Shown here: positions 1 to 9,178 of the stretch, piece after piece
Numbering within the stretch: the first letter of the stretch is position 1
Layout of the letters: each line of letters starts with the position of its first letter
From: an uncultured cyanobacterium
GTDB taxonomy: Bacteria > Cyanobacteriota > Cyanobacteriia > PCC-9006 > JAAUQQ01
Direction: 5' to 3'
DNA: 64,000 bases
NCBI GenBank assembly: GCA_963718615.1
Contig: OY970368.1
Span: 4,000,001-4,064,000 of the forward strand
The notes under the pieces: generated by a model
The model's input: only the letters and a program-made list of their open reading frames with translations
The model's database searches: none
What the model was told of the DNA's origin: nothing
Translations under genes and position numbers: made by a program

Positions 1-561
1 TCGGCAGCTCGGCCCAAAATTGCGGATTATCCCTTCACGACGCTGGTCCCGAATTTGGGCGTTGTGCGTCGTGAGTCCGGCGATGGCACGGTGTTTGCGG
101 ATATTCCCGGTTTAATCGAGGGAGCCCATGTGGGAATTGGGTTGGGCCATGACTTTTTGCGCCATGTGGAGCGGACGCGGATTTTGGTGCATCTCATTGA
201 TGTGACCGATGACAATGTTTTGCTGAATTATCAAACCATTCAGGAAGAGCTAAGTTCCTATGGGCGGGGTCTGAGCGATCGCCCCCAAATTGTCGCCCTC
301 AACAAAACCGATGCCTGCGACGAAGAATTAATCGAGTATTTGCAAGCGGAACTGTCCCAGGCGAGTGGCAGTCCGGTGTTTGCAATTTCCGCCGCGACCC
401 AAACGGGTCTTCAGCCGTTGTTGCAGGAAGTCTGGAATCAATTGGACGCGATTAAGGCGAAGGAAGAGGCGGAGCGGTCAGCGCTGGCAGCGGCGATCGC
501 GGCCCAAACTGTCGTAAATCCCCTAGAACCGATCGAAACCGATTTGTTGATTTCCCGTTGA
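1..561 (+). CDS. obgE: GTPase ObgE/CgtA, C-terminal part (gene begins upstream of the window)
   Basis: Frame 1 reads [22 protein letters not shown]...[27 protein letters not shown]...NKTD...ISA, the Obg G2-G5 motifs. Confidence 0.95.
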   Translation, partial: SAARPKIADYPFTTLVPNLGVVRRESGDGTVFADIPGLIEGAHVGIGLGHDFLRHVERTRILVHLIDVTDDNVLLNYQTIQEELSSYGRGLSDRPQIVALNKTDACDEELIEYLQAELSQASGSPVFAISAATQTGLQPLLQEVWNQLDAIKAKEEAERSALAAAIAAQTVVNPLEPIETDLLISR

Positions 562-628
562 CCCCATCCTGACAGACCCTCCCGATCCCCTCAACCGCTT
601 AACCCAATCGCCAATCTAGTGTCTAAAT

Positions 629-1306
629 CTATGGCGCTGGGGTTTGGGTTGCTGCTTGGGGAGCAGATTGACCGATGCGGGGCTCGGTGCCCGCTAAAAT
701 TCGCTGCATATTGCTGCGGTGTCGAATAATCACGTAAAGGCCGCCTGCTAAGCCAAACAGCAGATAGGGCAATGGAGCCCCGGTCATGAGCATCAAGAGG
801 CTAATGACAATGGCGGCGCTGATCGACGAAAGGGAGACAATCCGCGACATCGCCAACACTAGCGCAAACGTGCCCAATGCACCTAATCCCACGGGCCAAA
901 CCATAGCCAAGAGAACGCCAAGCCCAGTCGCCACGGATTTTCCGCCCCGAAAGCCCAGCCAGACAGGCCAGCTATGACCCAAAAGCGCCGCCAAAGCGGC
1001 TCCGGACACCAGCCAAGCGGAGGCAAGTTCAGGGGAGAGGGGAGCAACATCTAGGTTGAGGAGGGGGAAGAGCGATCGCACTAAAACCACCGCCGCCACC
1101 CCCTTGAACACATCCACGGCCAAGACACCTGCCGCCGGACCCTTTCCCAGATTCCGCAACACATTCGTCGCCCCGGTGCCACCGGAACCCCGCTCGCGAA
1201 TATCAAATCCCCCAATCCAGCGGCCCGCCAGATACCCCGTGGGAATCGAGCCGAGCACATAGGCCAAAAGCAGCAAACCGAGGACAGAGGCGATCGCGGT
1301 CAGCAT
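629..1306 (-). CDS. plsY: Glycerol-3-phosphate 1-O-acyltransferase PlsY
   Basis: GSIPTG, DIRERGSGGTGATN, D..KG, GHSWP..FRGGKSVATG and HRSNMQRI..GTE motifs; hydrophobic protein. Confidence 0.95.
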   Translation of the reverse strand: MLTAIASVLGLLLLAYVLGSIPTGYLAGRWIGGFDIRERGSGGTGATNVLRNLGKGPAAGVLAVDVFKGVAAVVLVRSLFPLLNLDVAPLSPELASAWLVSGAALAALLGHSWPVWLGFRGGKSVATGLGVLLAMVWPVGLGALGTFALVLAMSRIVSLSSISAAIVISLLMLMTGAPLPYLLFGLAGGLYVIIRHRSNMQRILAGTEPRIGQSAPQAATQTPAP

Positions 1307-1360
1307 GGGGATCTAAAAAATCTCAAAAATTTGTGGTCCCATCATGCCATGGCGCGGGGG

Positions 1361-3136
1361 TTAGATCCAATCATCATCCTCGCTTGGACGATCCTCGTAG
1401 GGACGCTCAATCATGCGACTGCGACGGCTTGTGTCCCGTGCCGGTGGTGGTGGATTGCTGCGCCCACTGATGGGAGGAGGAGGACTGCTGCTGCGGGGGG
1501 TGCTGCCCCGTGGGTCATAGCGATCGTCGTAGCGATCGTCATAGCGATCATCGTAGCGATCGTCATACTGATTGCCCCGAACCTGATCATTGCGGGTTGC
1601 CTGATCGAACCAACTTTCGTTGCGCTGACCATAGCGATCGTCCCGGCCATAATTGGGCTCTGGGCGACGACCGTAGGGATCCGGGGCATAGCGATCGTCT
1701 TCGTAGCGTTCTTCCCCAATCAGGCGATCGGTCACCCGGTCAAGGCTGTCCGTGACTCGATCCAAAAAGCCTTTCGGTTCCCGTTCCCGAGACCGGTCCT
1801 CCAAGCTGGCCTTAGGCTGGCTGAGAGGATCCCGCGAAAAAGCAATTAATAGGGGGAACTGAAGCAGCGACACGTCGATTAGCTCTTCCGTTTCGTCCAA
1901 AATCACCAAGGGCAAATCCCCCGCTTGCAGCATGCGCTCGGCCCGCTGAACGAGGGGCTCCGGGGCTTCGCAAAGCACAATGCCCTCATTGGGGCCAAAG
2001 TCGCTGCGGGAAATCCCAAGACATTCCTGAATACCGCGTCGCCAGTCCCCAAGCCGTTCGGGGGTGTTGGCAAGGATCAGGGCACAGACGCGATCGCCAT
2101 ACAGCTCATTCAAAACCGAAATCGCCGCCGAGGCCACTAAAATATTCTGTAGGCGGCTGCCTAGGGTCCGCACCGCACCCCGCCCCCCCCGCTCAAAGAA
2201 CCACTGATGGACTCGTTCCTCATGGATGGCCTCAAAGGTTCGGCGGAGCTGCCACGGTGGACCGTAATAATCCGGCTGACTGCGGTAGCGATCGAGAATA
2301 GCCCGAATTTCCCTTTCTTGGGCTTGGGCATCCTGTTCTGCAAATTTGGGCAATGGCAGCGGTTGTTTCTCGGCAGGCTTGTTGTCCACCTCAGAACTTT
2401 TCGCCTGAACCGTAAGCTGTGTTCCCAGATCCATCTGTTCCGTAACGCTGACCAAATCCTGCAAGCTGCCGACCAGATAATCTTTGAAGCCCTGCACCCG
2501 GACGGCTAAATCCTGGGAAACTCCGGCGAAATTTTCACGCATTTCCTTGCGGATGCTGTCGCGGCGACGTTCGAGCTGCTCAACATTGAGCCGGAGTTTT
2601 TGTTGGCGATCGCTCAACTCCCGCAGGGTTTGGTCAAAGGCCGCTTCCAAGATTGCCTGCTTTGATTCCAAGTCCTGCTCTAGCTTGTCCCGCTTTTGGG
2701 TCAGGGCCGCAATTTCTGCTTCTAGGCTACGAACTTCTAGGCTGCGAACTTCTAGTGGCGTGGCAGCAGAATTAATGGTTTCAATGGTGGTATCAGTGTC
2801 AAGGGTAGGGCTAAGGATAGAGCTTATGGTAAGACCATTGGCTGCGTCCGCAGGCTCTTCCGATGGTGCTAGATTGTCTGAATCTGGACTACCCGAATCT
2901 GGACTATTTGCGATCGCCTCCACCGCTCCCATGGCCGAATCTGCGTAGGCTTCTCCCTGGCGATGGTCCCCTGGGGGATTCTGCTGGCTGGGGACAGGCC
3001 CAAGGTTTAACGGAATTGCATCCGCTGGAATCCCCGCCGGAAGTTCCGCCGGATTCTGGGCCGGATTCTGGGCAGAATTCTGGACAGAATTCTCGGGGCA
3101 AGGGTCAGGGGTTTGCAGCTCGTCAGGATTCATCAT
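1361..3136 (-). CDS. DUF3086-domain coiled-coil protein with a low-complexity YDDR-repeat tail
   Basis: FAGVSQDLAVRVQGFKDYLVGSLQDL and PDYYGPPWQLRRTFE blocks; lies between a DUF3119 gene and plsY as in other cyanobacteria; ATG at 3136 preferred to the ORF-track start. Confidence 0.8.
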   Translation of the reverse strand: MMNPDELQTPDPCPENSVQNSAQNPAQNPAELPAGIPADAIPLNLGPVPSQQNPPGDHRQGEAYADSAMGAVEAIANSPDSGSPDSDNLAPSEEPADAANGLTISSILSPTLDTDTTIETINSAATPLEVRSLEVRSLEAEIAALTQKRDKLEQDLESKQAILEAAFDQTLRELSDRQQKLRLNVEQLERRRDSIRKEMRENFAGVSQDLAVRVQGFKDYLVGSLQDLVSVTEQMDLGTQLTVQAKSSEVDNKPAEKQPLPLPKFAEQDAQAQEREIRAILDRYRSQPDYYGPPWQLRRTFEAIHEERVHQWFFERGGRGAVRTLGSRLQNILVASAAISVLNELYGDRVCALILANTPERLGDWRRGIQECLGISRSDFGPNEGIVLCEAPEPLVQRAERMLQAGDLPLVILDETEELIDVSLLQFPLLIAFSRDPLSQPKASLEDRSREREPKGFLDRVTDSLDRVTDRLIGEERYEDDRYAPDPYGRRPEPNYGRDDRYGQRNESWFDQATRNDQVRGNQYDDRYDDRYDDRYDDRYDPRGSTPRSSSPPPPISGRSNPPPPARDTSRRSRMIERPYEDRPSEDDDWI

Positions 3137-3192
3137 CAAAGTCAAGAGGGCAACAAAGGTTGAGCGATTAGGCTGAAGGATCAGCGGTCCTG

Positions 3193-3585
3193 CTAGTCGA
3201 TTCGGCAGCACCGTTCAGTTAAGCAGGTTTCGAGCTGATTCGGGTCAAACAAAATCGGGAGAAAGTGAAAATTTTTGACTTCGTTGAAATAAAACAAAAT
3301 CGGCACTGGTTGCCAGTAGATGCGCCAATTTTTCCATTCAGTGTAGGGAAATGACTTAAACGGCGGCTGATCCCCCCGTGCAACCTCCAAGGCCGTCGGC
3401 GTAAACCGCAATTTTAAAGTTGCCGCCTGATAGGTCAAGAACAATCCAAATAGAGCTACGGGAAGGGCTACCCAAAGATTGAACCAGGCCACGAGGAGGG
3501 CGATCGCCAACATCCCCAGCGGCACCCAGTAGCTGGGAGCCAGTTCAACGGTATTTGAGCTCGTGGTGGAGGCTGCAGAGGTCAT
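3193..3585 (-). CDS. DUF3119 family membrane protein
   Basis: FPYTEWKNWRIYW..PILFYFNEVKNFHFLPILFDP motif; conserved gene order. Confidence 0.8.
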   Translation of the reverse strand: MTSAASTTSSNTVELAPSYWVPLGMLAIALLVAWFNLWVALPVALFGLFLTYQAATLKLRFTPTALEVARGDQPPFKSFPYTEWKNWRIYWQPVPILFYFNEVKNFHFLPILFDPNQLETCLTERCCRID

Positions 3586-3691
3586 CTCGGTTCCCTAAAT
3601 TTTGGTTACCAGAAATCGCTTCCATTCTAGGATTTTTTCGACAAATTCGGGGGTAGGGGTCTAGGGCGATCGCCCCTAGGGGCACAGCGGG

Positions 3692-4495
3692 TCAGAGATG
3701 GGAGCGAACTTCCGCTTCCGTAAAGCCTAAGGTTTCGGCAATTTGTGGGATGGAAAGACCCAGGGTTTGGAGGCGGGCGATCGCATCCAGACGTGCTTGA
3801 CGCTCCTGTTCCGCCCGTTGATACTCCTGTTCCGCCCGTTGATGCTCCTGTTCCGCTCGCTCACCGCCGGTGGGCAACAAAGAACCGTCGATTTCCCAAC
3901 AACGTAGCCAAGGCAGCTCCATATTTTGGTACCGGCCCATCCAGATCCCCAGCTCAATACCCAAGGGCTCAAGGGGATAACGACCGCGATCGTTGGGCTG
4001 GAGCAGATGATATCGGTTCCCCACTAACTGATAGACCAAAACAGCCGCCTTTTTGACTTCGTAGATGGCATAGTAGGCAGGCCGAATCACCTGTTCGTAA
4101 ACCCAAAACTTACCGCTCCAGGGCTGATTGTCCCGTTCTTCAGCACCGTCCCCAGAGACAAACTCAATCACGACCAGAGGCGGAATGATTTCTTGCCAGA
4201 GCACATAGGAGCGACGAACCTGTCCGTCTAGGGTGGGGGGCACGTTAGGCACATAAAACCAGTCCGGCGCTTCAGCACCCTTTTCCGGGGGATCTGTGAT
4301 TCGCCAATAGATACCGCAGTCTTGACCAATGCAGTACTGTCCGTCGGGGTGCAGGCGTTGTAGAACCGGCTGAAGAGAATCGGTCAATAGCAGGCTTTGG
4401 GGATGCTCTTGAAAATTCTTCACAAACGTACCATCAGTTTCAGGTAAATCTTGATGGGTTGGAAAGGCTGGAGTTATAGAGCGGGCAAGGGTCAT
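3692..4495 (-). CDS. Uma2 (DUF820) family putative endonuclease
   Basis: LPETDGTFVKNFQEHPQ, APDWFYVP, VIEFVS motifs; C-terminal RAEQE repeats. Confidence 0.9.
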   Translation of the reverse strand: MTLARSITPAFPTHQDLPETDGTFVKNFQEHPQSLLLTDSLQPVLQRLHPDGQYCIGQDCGIYWRITDPPEKGAEAPDWFYVPNVPPTLDGQVRRSYVLWQEIIPPLVVIEFVSGDGAEERDNQPWSGKFWVYEQVIRPAYYAIYEVKKAAVLVYQLVGNRYHLLQPNDRGRYPLEPLGIELGIWMGRYQNMELPWLRCWEIDGSLLPTGGERAEQEHQRAEQEYQRAEQERQARLDAIARLQTLGLSIPQIAETLGFTEAEVRSHL

Positions 4496-4575
4496 GGCAA
4501 GAACCTCTTCGCCGAAGGCAACGGTACATTGATTCTATCGAACCTGTTCTAGGACTGACCAACCGCAAAAATTTC

Positions 4576-5364
4576 CTAGAGCTTGAGGGCGGTGCCCTGG
4601 CCCTGAAACAAAATGCCTGAGAGGAAAAAGTTGACCACAAAAATGGCCAGGAGCGTGGTGACCACCGCTGCTGTCGTGGATTCGCCGACGCCTTTTGCGC
4701 CGCCCGTTGTCGTCAGCCCCCAGCTTGAGCCAATAATGGCCACGAGTGCCCCAAACACAAAGGATTTAATCAAGGCGGTCACCAGGTCCCAAACGCCTAA
4801 AAAGCTTCGAATCGAGTCGATAAACACCGAGGTGCTGATTTCGTAGGACCCCATGGCCACCAGCCAACCCCCGAATAGACCGACCAAGGCGAACAGTAGC
4901 GCCAGAATTGGGGTCATGATGCAACAGGCCAGGACGCGGGGGACGACCAGGTAGTCGACGGGATCAGTGCGCAGAACGTAGAGGGCATCGATTTGCTCGG
5001 TGACGCGCATCGTGCCGATTTCAGCGGCAAAGGCGGAGCCCATCCGACCGGCCAGCAGAATGGCTGTGAGCACCGGCGCAAGCTCCCGCACCAGGGACAG
5101 GGCCAAGACGCCCCCCACCACCGCCCCGGCTCCGAACCGGACAAACTCCCGCGCGACCTGAATCGTAAAGACAGCGCCCACAAAAAACGAGGCTACGGAA
5201 ATAATTAAGAGTGAGGCTGGACCCGCTGCGGCCATTTGGTCCACCGTGTTGCGGTGGTGAATACGGCCTTGAACAAGGTGCAACAGCACTTGACCGCCGA
5301 GCAGACAAGCGGCCCAAAGCCGCAGCGCCCATTTGCCTAGTCCTTGGTCCCTCGAAAATTTCAA
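4576..5364 (-). CDS. mlaE: MlaE/Ycf63 lipid-asymmetry ABC transporter permease
   Basis: RELAPVLTAILLAGRMGSAFAAEIGTMRVTEQIDAL; GGAKGVGESTT. Confidence 0.9.
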   Translation of the reverse strand: MKFSRDQGLGKWALRLWAACLLGGQVLLHLVQGRIHHRNTVDQMAAAGPASLLIISVASFFVGAVFTIQVAREFVRFGAGAVVGGVLALSLVRELAPVLTAILLAGRMGSAFAAEIGTMRVTEQIDALYVLRTDPVDYLVVPRVLACCIMTPILALLFALVGLFGGWLVAMGSYEISTSVFIDSIRSFLGVWDLVTALIKSFVFGALVAIIGSSWGLTTTGGAKGVGESTTAAVVTTLLAIFVVNFFLSGILFQGQGTALKL

Positions 5365-5370
5365 ACTGCT

Positions 5371-6141
5371 CTACGCCTCATGGTTGCTGCACAGGACGTC
5401 TTTGAATAACCCTTTGACCTGGTTCCAGGCAGCGGTGGCGGCTTCGGGTCGGTAGGTGTCGCGGCGATCGCAAAAGAACCCATGCCCTGCCCGCTCGTAG
5501 CGAAACACCCGATGCCGTTCACCATTTTGCTGGAGCGCCTGCTCGATCGCATCCACCTGCTCATTGGGAATCAACGGATCTTCATCGCCAAAGAACGCGT
5601 AGACCGTACCCTGAATCTCCCTGGTTCGGTGGAGGGTTGGTGCTCCTCCCCCTGGCGTTAGGGTTGTAATGCCAGCCCCATAAAACGAAGCCGTGGCCTG
5701 GACCTCGGGCAAGGTCGCCGCTAGATATACCACATGTCCACCGAAACAAAAGCCGATGGTCCCGATGGCTGGACTGCCGTTTGAGCGGGATTGGAGTCGA
5801 GTGCCAAAGCGATTTTGTAGGAAGGCGATCGCCCCCTGGACATCACTCAGTAATTCCTCTGCCGTTGTTAATTCCTTATACTTACGGCCTGCCGCCAATC
5901 CGGCCTCATCGTAGCCCACTTCAAAACTAGGGGCGGTGCGCTGATAAATAGCGGGGGCAATGGCAATATAGCCTTCCTGGGCAATCCGCTCCGTCACCTC
6001 TCGGATATGGCCATTCACCCCAAAGACTTCTTGAATGACAATAATGGCAGGGCAGGGACCCTGGCCCTCTGGTTCGGCCAAGTAGGCATCAATGAGCAAA
6101 TCGCCGTTGGGAATTTGAACAGCAGCGGTGCGCAGCGCCAT
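5371..6141 (-). CDS. Dienelactone hydrolase family protein
   Basis: QEVFGVNGHIR, GFCFGG nucleophile, D..I and HGFFCD motifs; ATG 6141 (MALRTAAV) preferred. Confidence 0.9.
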   Translation of the reverse strand: MALRTAAVQIPNGDLLIDAYLAEPEGQGPCPAIIVIQEVFGVNGHIREVTERIAQEGYIAIAPAIYQRTAPSFEVGYDEAGLAAGRKYKELTTAEELLSDVQGAIAFLQNRFGTRLQSRSNGSPAIGTIGFCFGGHVVYLAATLPEVQATASFYGAGITTLTPGGGAPTLHRTREIQGTVYAFFGDEDPLIPNEQVDAIEQALQQNGERHRVFRYERAGHGFFCDRRDTYRPEAATAAWNQVKGLFKDVLCSNHEA

Positions 6142-6395
6142 AGGCAGGACCCTATAGGAAATTTCGACCCCCATAGAATATCTCGACTTGACTAGAAAAA
6201 CATGGGGCAGGGCATCGCCCCAGGGACGAATTGTCTCTGGCTGTCTAAAATTTGGGAGAATCACCTCCATCGCGGGACTGCATCTTTTCAACCTCAGTGA
6301 ACGTCGGTTTGACTGGAGCGGTGTGATCTTCAGCCGCCCTGCCTGTCGTTTGAACGAGTCGTTTCTGTCTAGCCCTTCCGGTTACCCCTAGCGTC

Positions 6396-7379
6396 ATGGT
6401 TAAGTTTCACATCCAGCCCGAGAGCGAAATTCCCGCATCCAATCAGCTCTACAACCAAATGATGTTTGCGATCGCCTCGCGCCAATATCCACCGGGGCAA
6501 AAGCTTCCCAGCACCCGGCAACTGGCCATGCAAACGGGACTGCACCGCAACACGATCAGCAAGGTTTATCGCCAGCTCGAAGACGATGGCTTGGTCGAAG
6601 CTCAAGCGGGCTCTGGTATCTACGTGCGGCAGCAGGGCGAAGACGAAGTCATCAGCCGCCGAACGCCCTTGGTGGAGCAATATCCTGAAGCCTACCGAGA
6701 CATTCGCCATGTGCTGGATACGCTGCTCAAACAGGGCTGCTCGCTCAACGAGGCGCGGGATTTATTTTTGGCGGAAATTGACTGGCGGCTACGGTGTAGC
6801 GCTCAGGTGCTCGTCACTGTTCCCCAAGAAGATCTGGGGGCAGGCCAGCTCATGGTGCAGGAACTAGAGCAGGCGCTGAATATCCCGGTGCAGCTTGTGC
6901 CCTTAGAGGAGCTAGAAATAATTTTGAATCAGACCCGCTCGGGCACCGTCGTCACCAGCCGCTATTTTATGAGTCAGGCTGAGGCGATCGCCTCTCCCAA
7001 ATCCGTCCGCGTGATTCCCGTGGATGTCTACGACTACACCAGCGAGATCCAGCTCCTCAATCAGCTCAAACCGGGGACCTGTGTGGGTATCGTCAGCCTC
7101 AGTCCAGGGTTATTGCGAGGGGCTGATGTGGTGATTCGCAGTTTGATGGGCGATCGCCTCCTGCTCATGAGCACCCAGCCCAACGACAGCTATAAGTTAC
7201 GAGCGATCGCCCGCAGTGCCTCGATTATTCTTTGCGATCGGGCCAGCTATGACACCGTTAGAACGGGTGTCCAAGCGGTCGAGCAGGATTTAATTCGTCA
7301 TCCCAAACTGGTCTGCTGCGAGAATTTCATCAGCGCCACCTCCATCAGCCTCCTGCGCCGGGAATTGGGTCTAGAGTAA
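6396..7379 (+). CDS. plmA: GntR-family transcriptional regulator PlmA
   Basis: FHIQPESEIPASNQL..LPSTRQLAMQTGLHRNTISKVYRQLE; 327 aa; divergent from the dienelactone hydrolase. Confidence 0.85.
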   Translation: MVKFHIQPESEIPASNQLYNQMMFAIASRQYPPGQKLPSTRQLAMQTGLHRNTISKVYRQLEDDGLVEAQAGSGIYVRQQGEDEVISRRTPLVEQYPEAYRDIRHVLDTLLKQGCSLNEARDLFLAEIDWRLRCSAQVLVTVPQEDLGAGQLMVQELEQALNIPVQLVPLEELEIILNQTRSGTVVTSRYFMSQAEAIASPKSVRVIPVDVYDYTSEIQLLNQLKPGTCVGIVSLSPGLLRGADVVIRSLMGDRLLLMSTQPNDSYKLRAIARSASIILCDRASYDTVRTGVQAVEQDLIRHPKLVCCENFISATSISLLRRELGLE

Positions 7380-7407
7380 TGGGTCTAAAGTAGTGGGTCT
7401 AGAGTAA
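7366..7407. repeat. 3 x 14-bp tandem repeat (TGGGTCTAGAGTAA-like) spanning the plmA stop codon
   Basis: tgggtctagagtaa tgggtctaaagtag tgggtctagagtaa. Confidence 0.85.
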
Positions 7408-7432
7408 ATATTTTAGATTGGGGGGCCAAACC

Positions 7433-8188
7433 ATGAAACTTACCTATTTTGGGGCCAACAGTTGGCTGCTCGAATTTGCCGACCTCTGCATCCTCATTGA
7501 CCCTTGGCTCGTTGAAACCCTCACCTTTGGCGGCCAAGGCTGGTTCTTTGAAGGCACCCACACCGCTCCGCCTACCATTCCAGCTACCATCGACCTAATT
7601 TTGCTCTCCCAGGGGCTGCCCGACCATAGCCATCCGCCCACGCTCCAACAGCTCGATCGCCACATTCCCGTCGTCGCCTCTGCCAGTGCGGCCAAGGTCG
7701 CGAAAAAGCTGGGATATTCACAGGTCACGACCCTCAAACCCGGTGAACAGACTGTTCAGGGAAAGGATCGCCTCGCCATCACCGCCACCGCTGGAGCCCC
7801 GGTTCCGCAGGTTGAAAATGGCTATATTTTGCGCGATCGCACCACCCACCAATCCCTATACTACGAACCCCATGGGTTTAGTGAGAGCAGCCTCGCTGAG
7901 CACAGCCCCATTGATGTGGTCATTACCCCGATTGTCAACTTAGCCCTTCCCCTGGCAGGTGCTTTTATCCACGGCAACGAGCGCACTGTAGCGTTGCTCA
8001 AGACCCTACAGGCCCGCTACATCCTGCCCACCGCTGCGGGTGAGGGGGTGAAATATGCGGGTCTAATTGAAAAAGTCTTGCAGGTTGAAGGGGGACCTGT
8101 GGATTTTCGGTCCCAGCTTCAGCAAGCAGACAGTCAGGCCCAATTGATCGAACCTGTGATTAATCAGGCGATCGCCATTAATCTATAA
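7433..8188 (+). CDS. MBL-fold metallo-hydrolase
   Basis: MKLTYFGANSWLL..ILIDPWL, SQGLPDHSH, YYEPHG. Confidence 0.85.
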   Translation: MKLTYFGANSWLLEFADLCILIDPWLVETLTFGGQGWFFEGTHTAPPTIPATIDLILLSQGLPDHSHPPTLQQLDRHIPVVASASAAKVAKKLGYSQVTTLKPGEQTVQGKDRLAITATAGAPVPQVENGYILRDRTTHQSLYYEPHGFSESSLAEHSPIDVVITPIVNLALPLAGAFIHGNERTVALLKTLQARYILPTAAGEGVKYAGLIEKVLQVEGGPVDFRSQLQQADSQAQLIEPVINQAIAINL

Positions 8189-8302
8189 AGGCTCCTTGAT
8201 TGTGCGTGTTTTGCTACGCAGCAAGCAGCAATAAGCGGAATGATTGCCATCATGAAGATGTATTCAAATATTTCCCAAGATTGACAAAATAGGGAAAGAG
8301 AT

Positions 8303-8728
8303 TTAATTCATCCATCCTTGGTCAAAAGCGTAACCGCCAATCGCAGCCCATTGCTCGTAGGTTATGTTGTATTCCGCCAATAATTCATTGCGATACTTTT
8401 CAATCAGTTCAAACTTGTAGTCGCCCTGCAACTTAGACATTTTCTGAGCTTGCTCAACGCTATAGCTAGGAGCAAGTGGATCGCTAGGAATGGGATACTT
8501 AGATTCAGCCTGTTGTCCAGCTTTGCTTTCGTAAGCCTGCGTCTTGGTAAAAATTTCCCGGCGAGTGGCTTCAGGAATTGCTCCAATCAGTTGCTCTCGT
8601 TCTTGTTTTTTTGCTGTAGCGGTTGCCTCTTTCACTTGCTGAGTTTTCTTCTCAGGCGATGAGCCACAGGCGGTTAGAGTAGGGGAGAAGATGAGTAGCA
8701 GGGCAGACGTTACCATGAATCGTTTCAT
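8303..8728 (-). CDS. Hypothetical lipoprotein
   Basis: Basic N-terminus, hydrophobic stretch and lipobox LTA-C; AT-richer than neighbouring genes; no family recognised. Confidence 0.6.
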   Translation of the reverse strand: MKRFMVTSALLLIFSPTLTACGSSPEKKTQQVKEATATAKKQEREQLIGAIPEATRREIFTKTQAYESKAGQQAESKYPIPSDPLAPSYSVEQAQKMSKLQGDYKFELIEKYRNELLAEYNITYEQWAAIGGYAFDQGWMN

Positions 8729-9036
8729 TATTGTTTTTATCTTTGGGGAAAAGGGCAAAAAAAGAGAGTCTTTTACTAAGGTGTCCTACTTTTCAGTTGA
8801 CTTACACGGATAAACTTTGTCCAAGAAGAACCTTGCGACCACCATCTAGTTACGAGACTCTCGGATCTCTTGCGAGTGTAACTCACCCCAATCATTTCCA
8901 TCCACATTGACTAAATTTGCAAAAAAAATTGAAATTTTCCGGAAATTCATAACCCTTTCTCTGCAAGGGGTTTAGGCCCCCCAGGGGGCAATTGCCCCCC
9001 AGGAATGACCCCCTCAGGGATCTACCCGGTGTCGTT

Positions 9037-9063
9037 TTGAAAAAAAATTGGGCATAGTATATA
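9037..9063 (+). promoter_or_regulatory. Putative promoter (A-tract, -10 box TAGTAT at 9055-9060) for the downstream RNA candidate
   Basis: ttgaaaaaaaattgggcaTAGTATatac immediately precedes the closing stem at 9064; the spacing of TTGAAA to TAGTAT (12 nt) is non-canonical. Confidence 0.45.
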
Positions 9064-9177
9064 CAGGTTCACGCGAAGGTATCCGAAAGGGTCTTCACGT
9101 CCAGGTGTTCCCCACGTGCACAAGGGGGAGAGGAAGCTGTAGAAGAGGTGGGAGTCTGCTACAGCTTCCGGAGCCTG
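9064..9177 (+). ncRNA. Candidate structured ncRNA (four-way junction), family not recognised
   Basis: Closing stem CAGGTTC/GAGCCTG encloses three hairpins (9071-9100 with GAAA loop, 9108-9130, 9132-9169 with a perfect 11-bp stem); G-U pairs favour the + strand. Confidence 0.55.
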
Positions 9178-9178
9178 G

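Noticed and set aside
1331-1849. Long hydrophobic + strand ORF, and similar antisense ORFs at 14327-14821, 20546-21016 and 51393-52049
   Set aside because: Shadow frames opposite well-supported genes; the IAIV repeats are just the reverse complement of the YDDR codons
3800-3860. 21-bp tandem repeats
   Set aside because: They encode the usual RAEQE coiled-coil tail of Uma2 proteins; not a CRISPR array
8938-8943. TCCGGA (DIF1-like motif), here and near 31226
   Set aside because: A 6-bp palindrome with no correctly spaced -10 element; expected by chance
8967-8980. GGGG-TTTAGG-CCCC as a HetR-binding site
   Set aside because: The spacing does not fit GGG-N5-CCC; not supportable
9105-9130. GTGTTCCCCACG resembles the start of a type I-E CRISPR repeat
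   Set aside because: Single copy, no spacers and no cas genes; better explained as a hairpin of the RNA candidate
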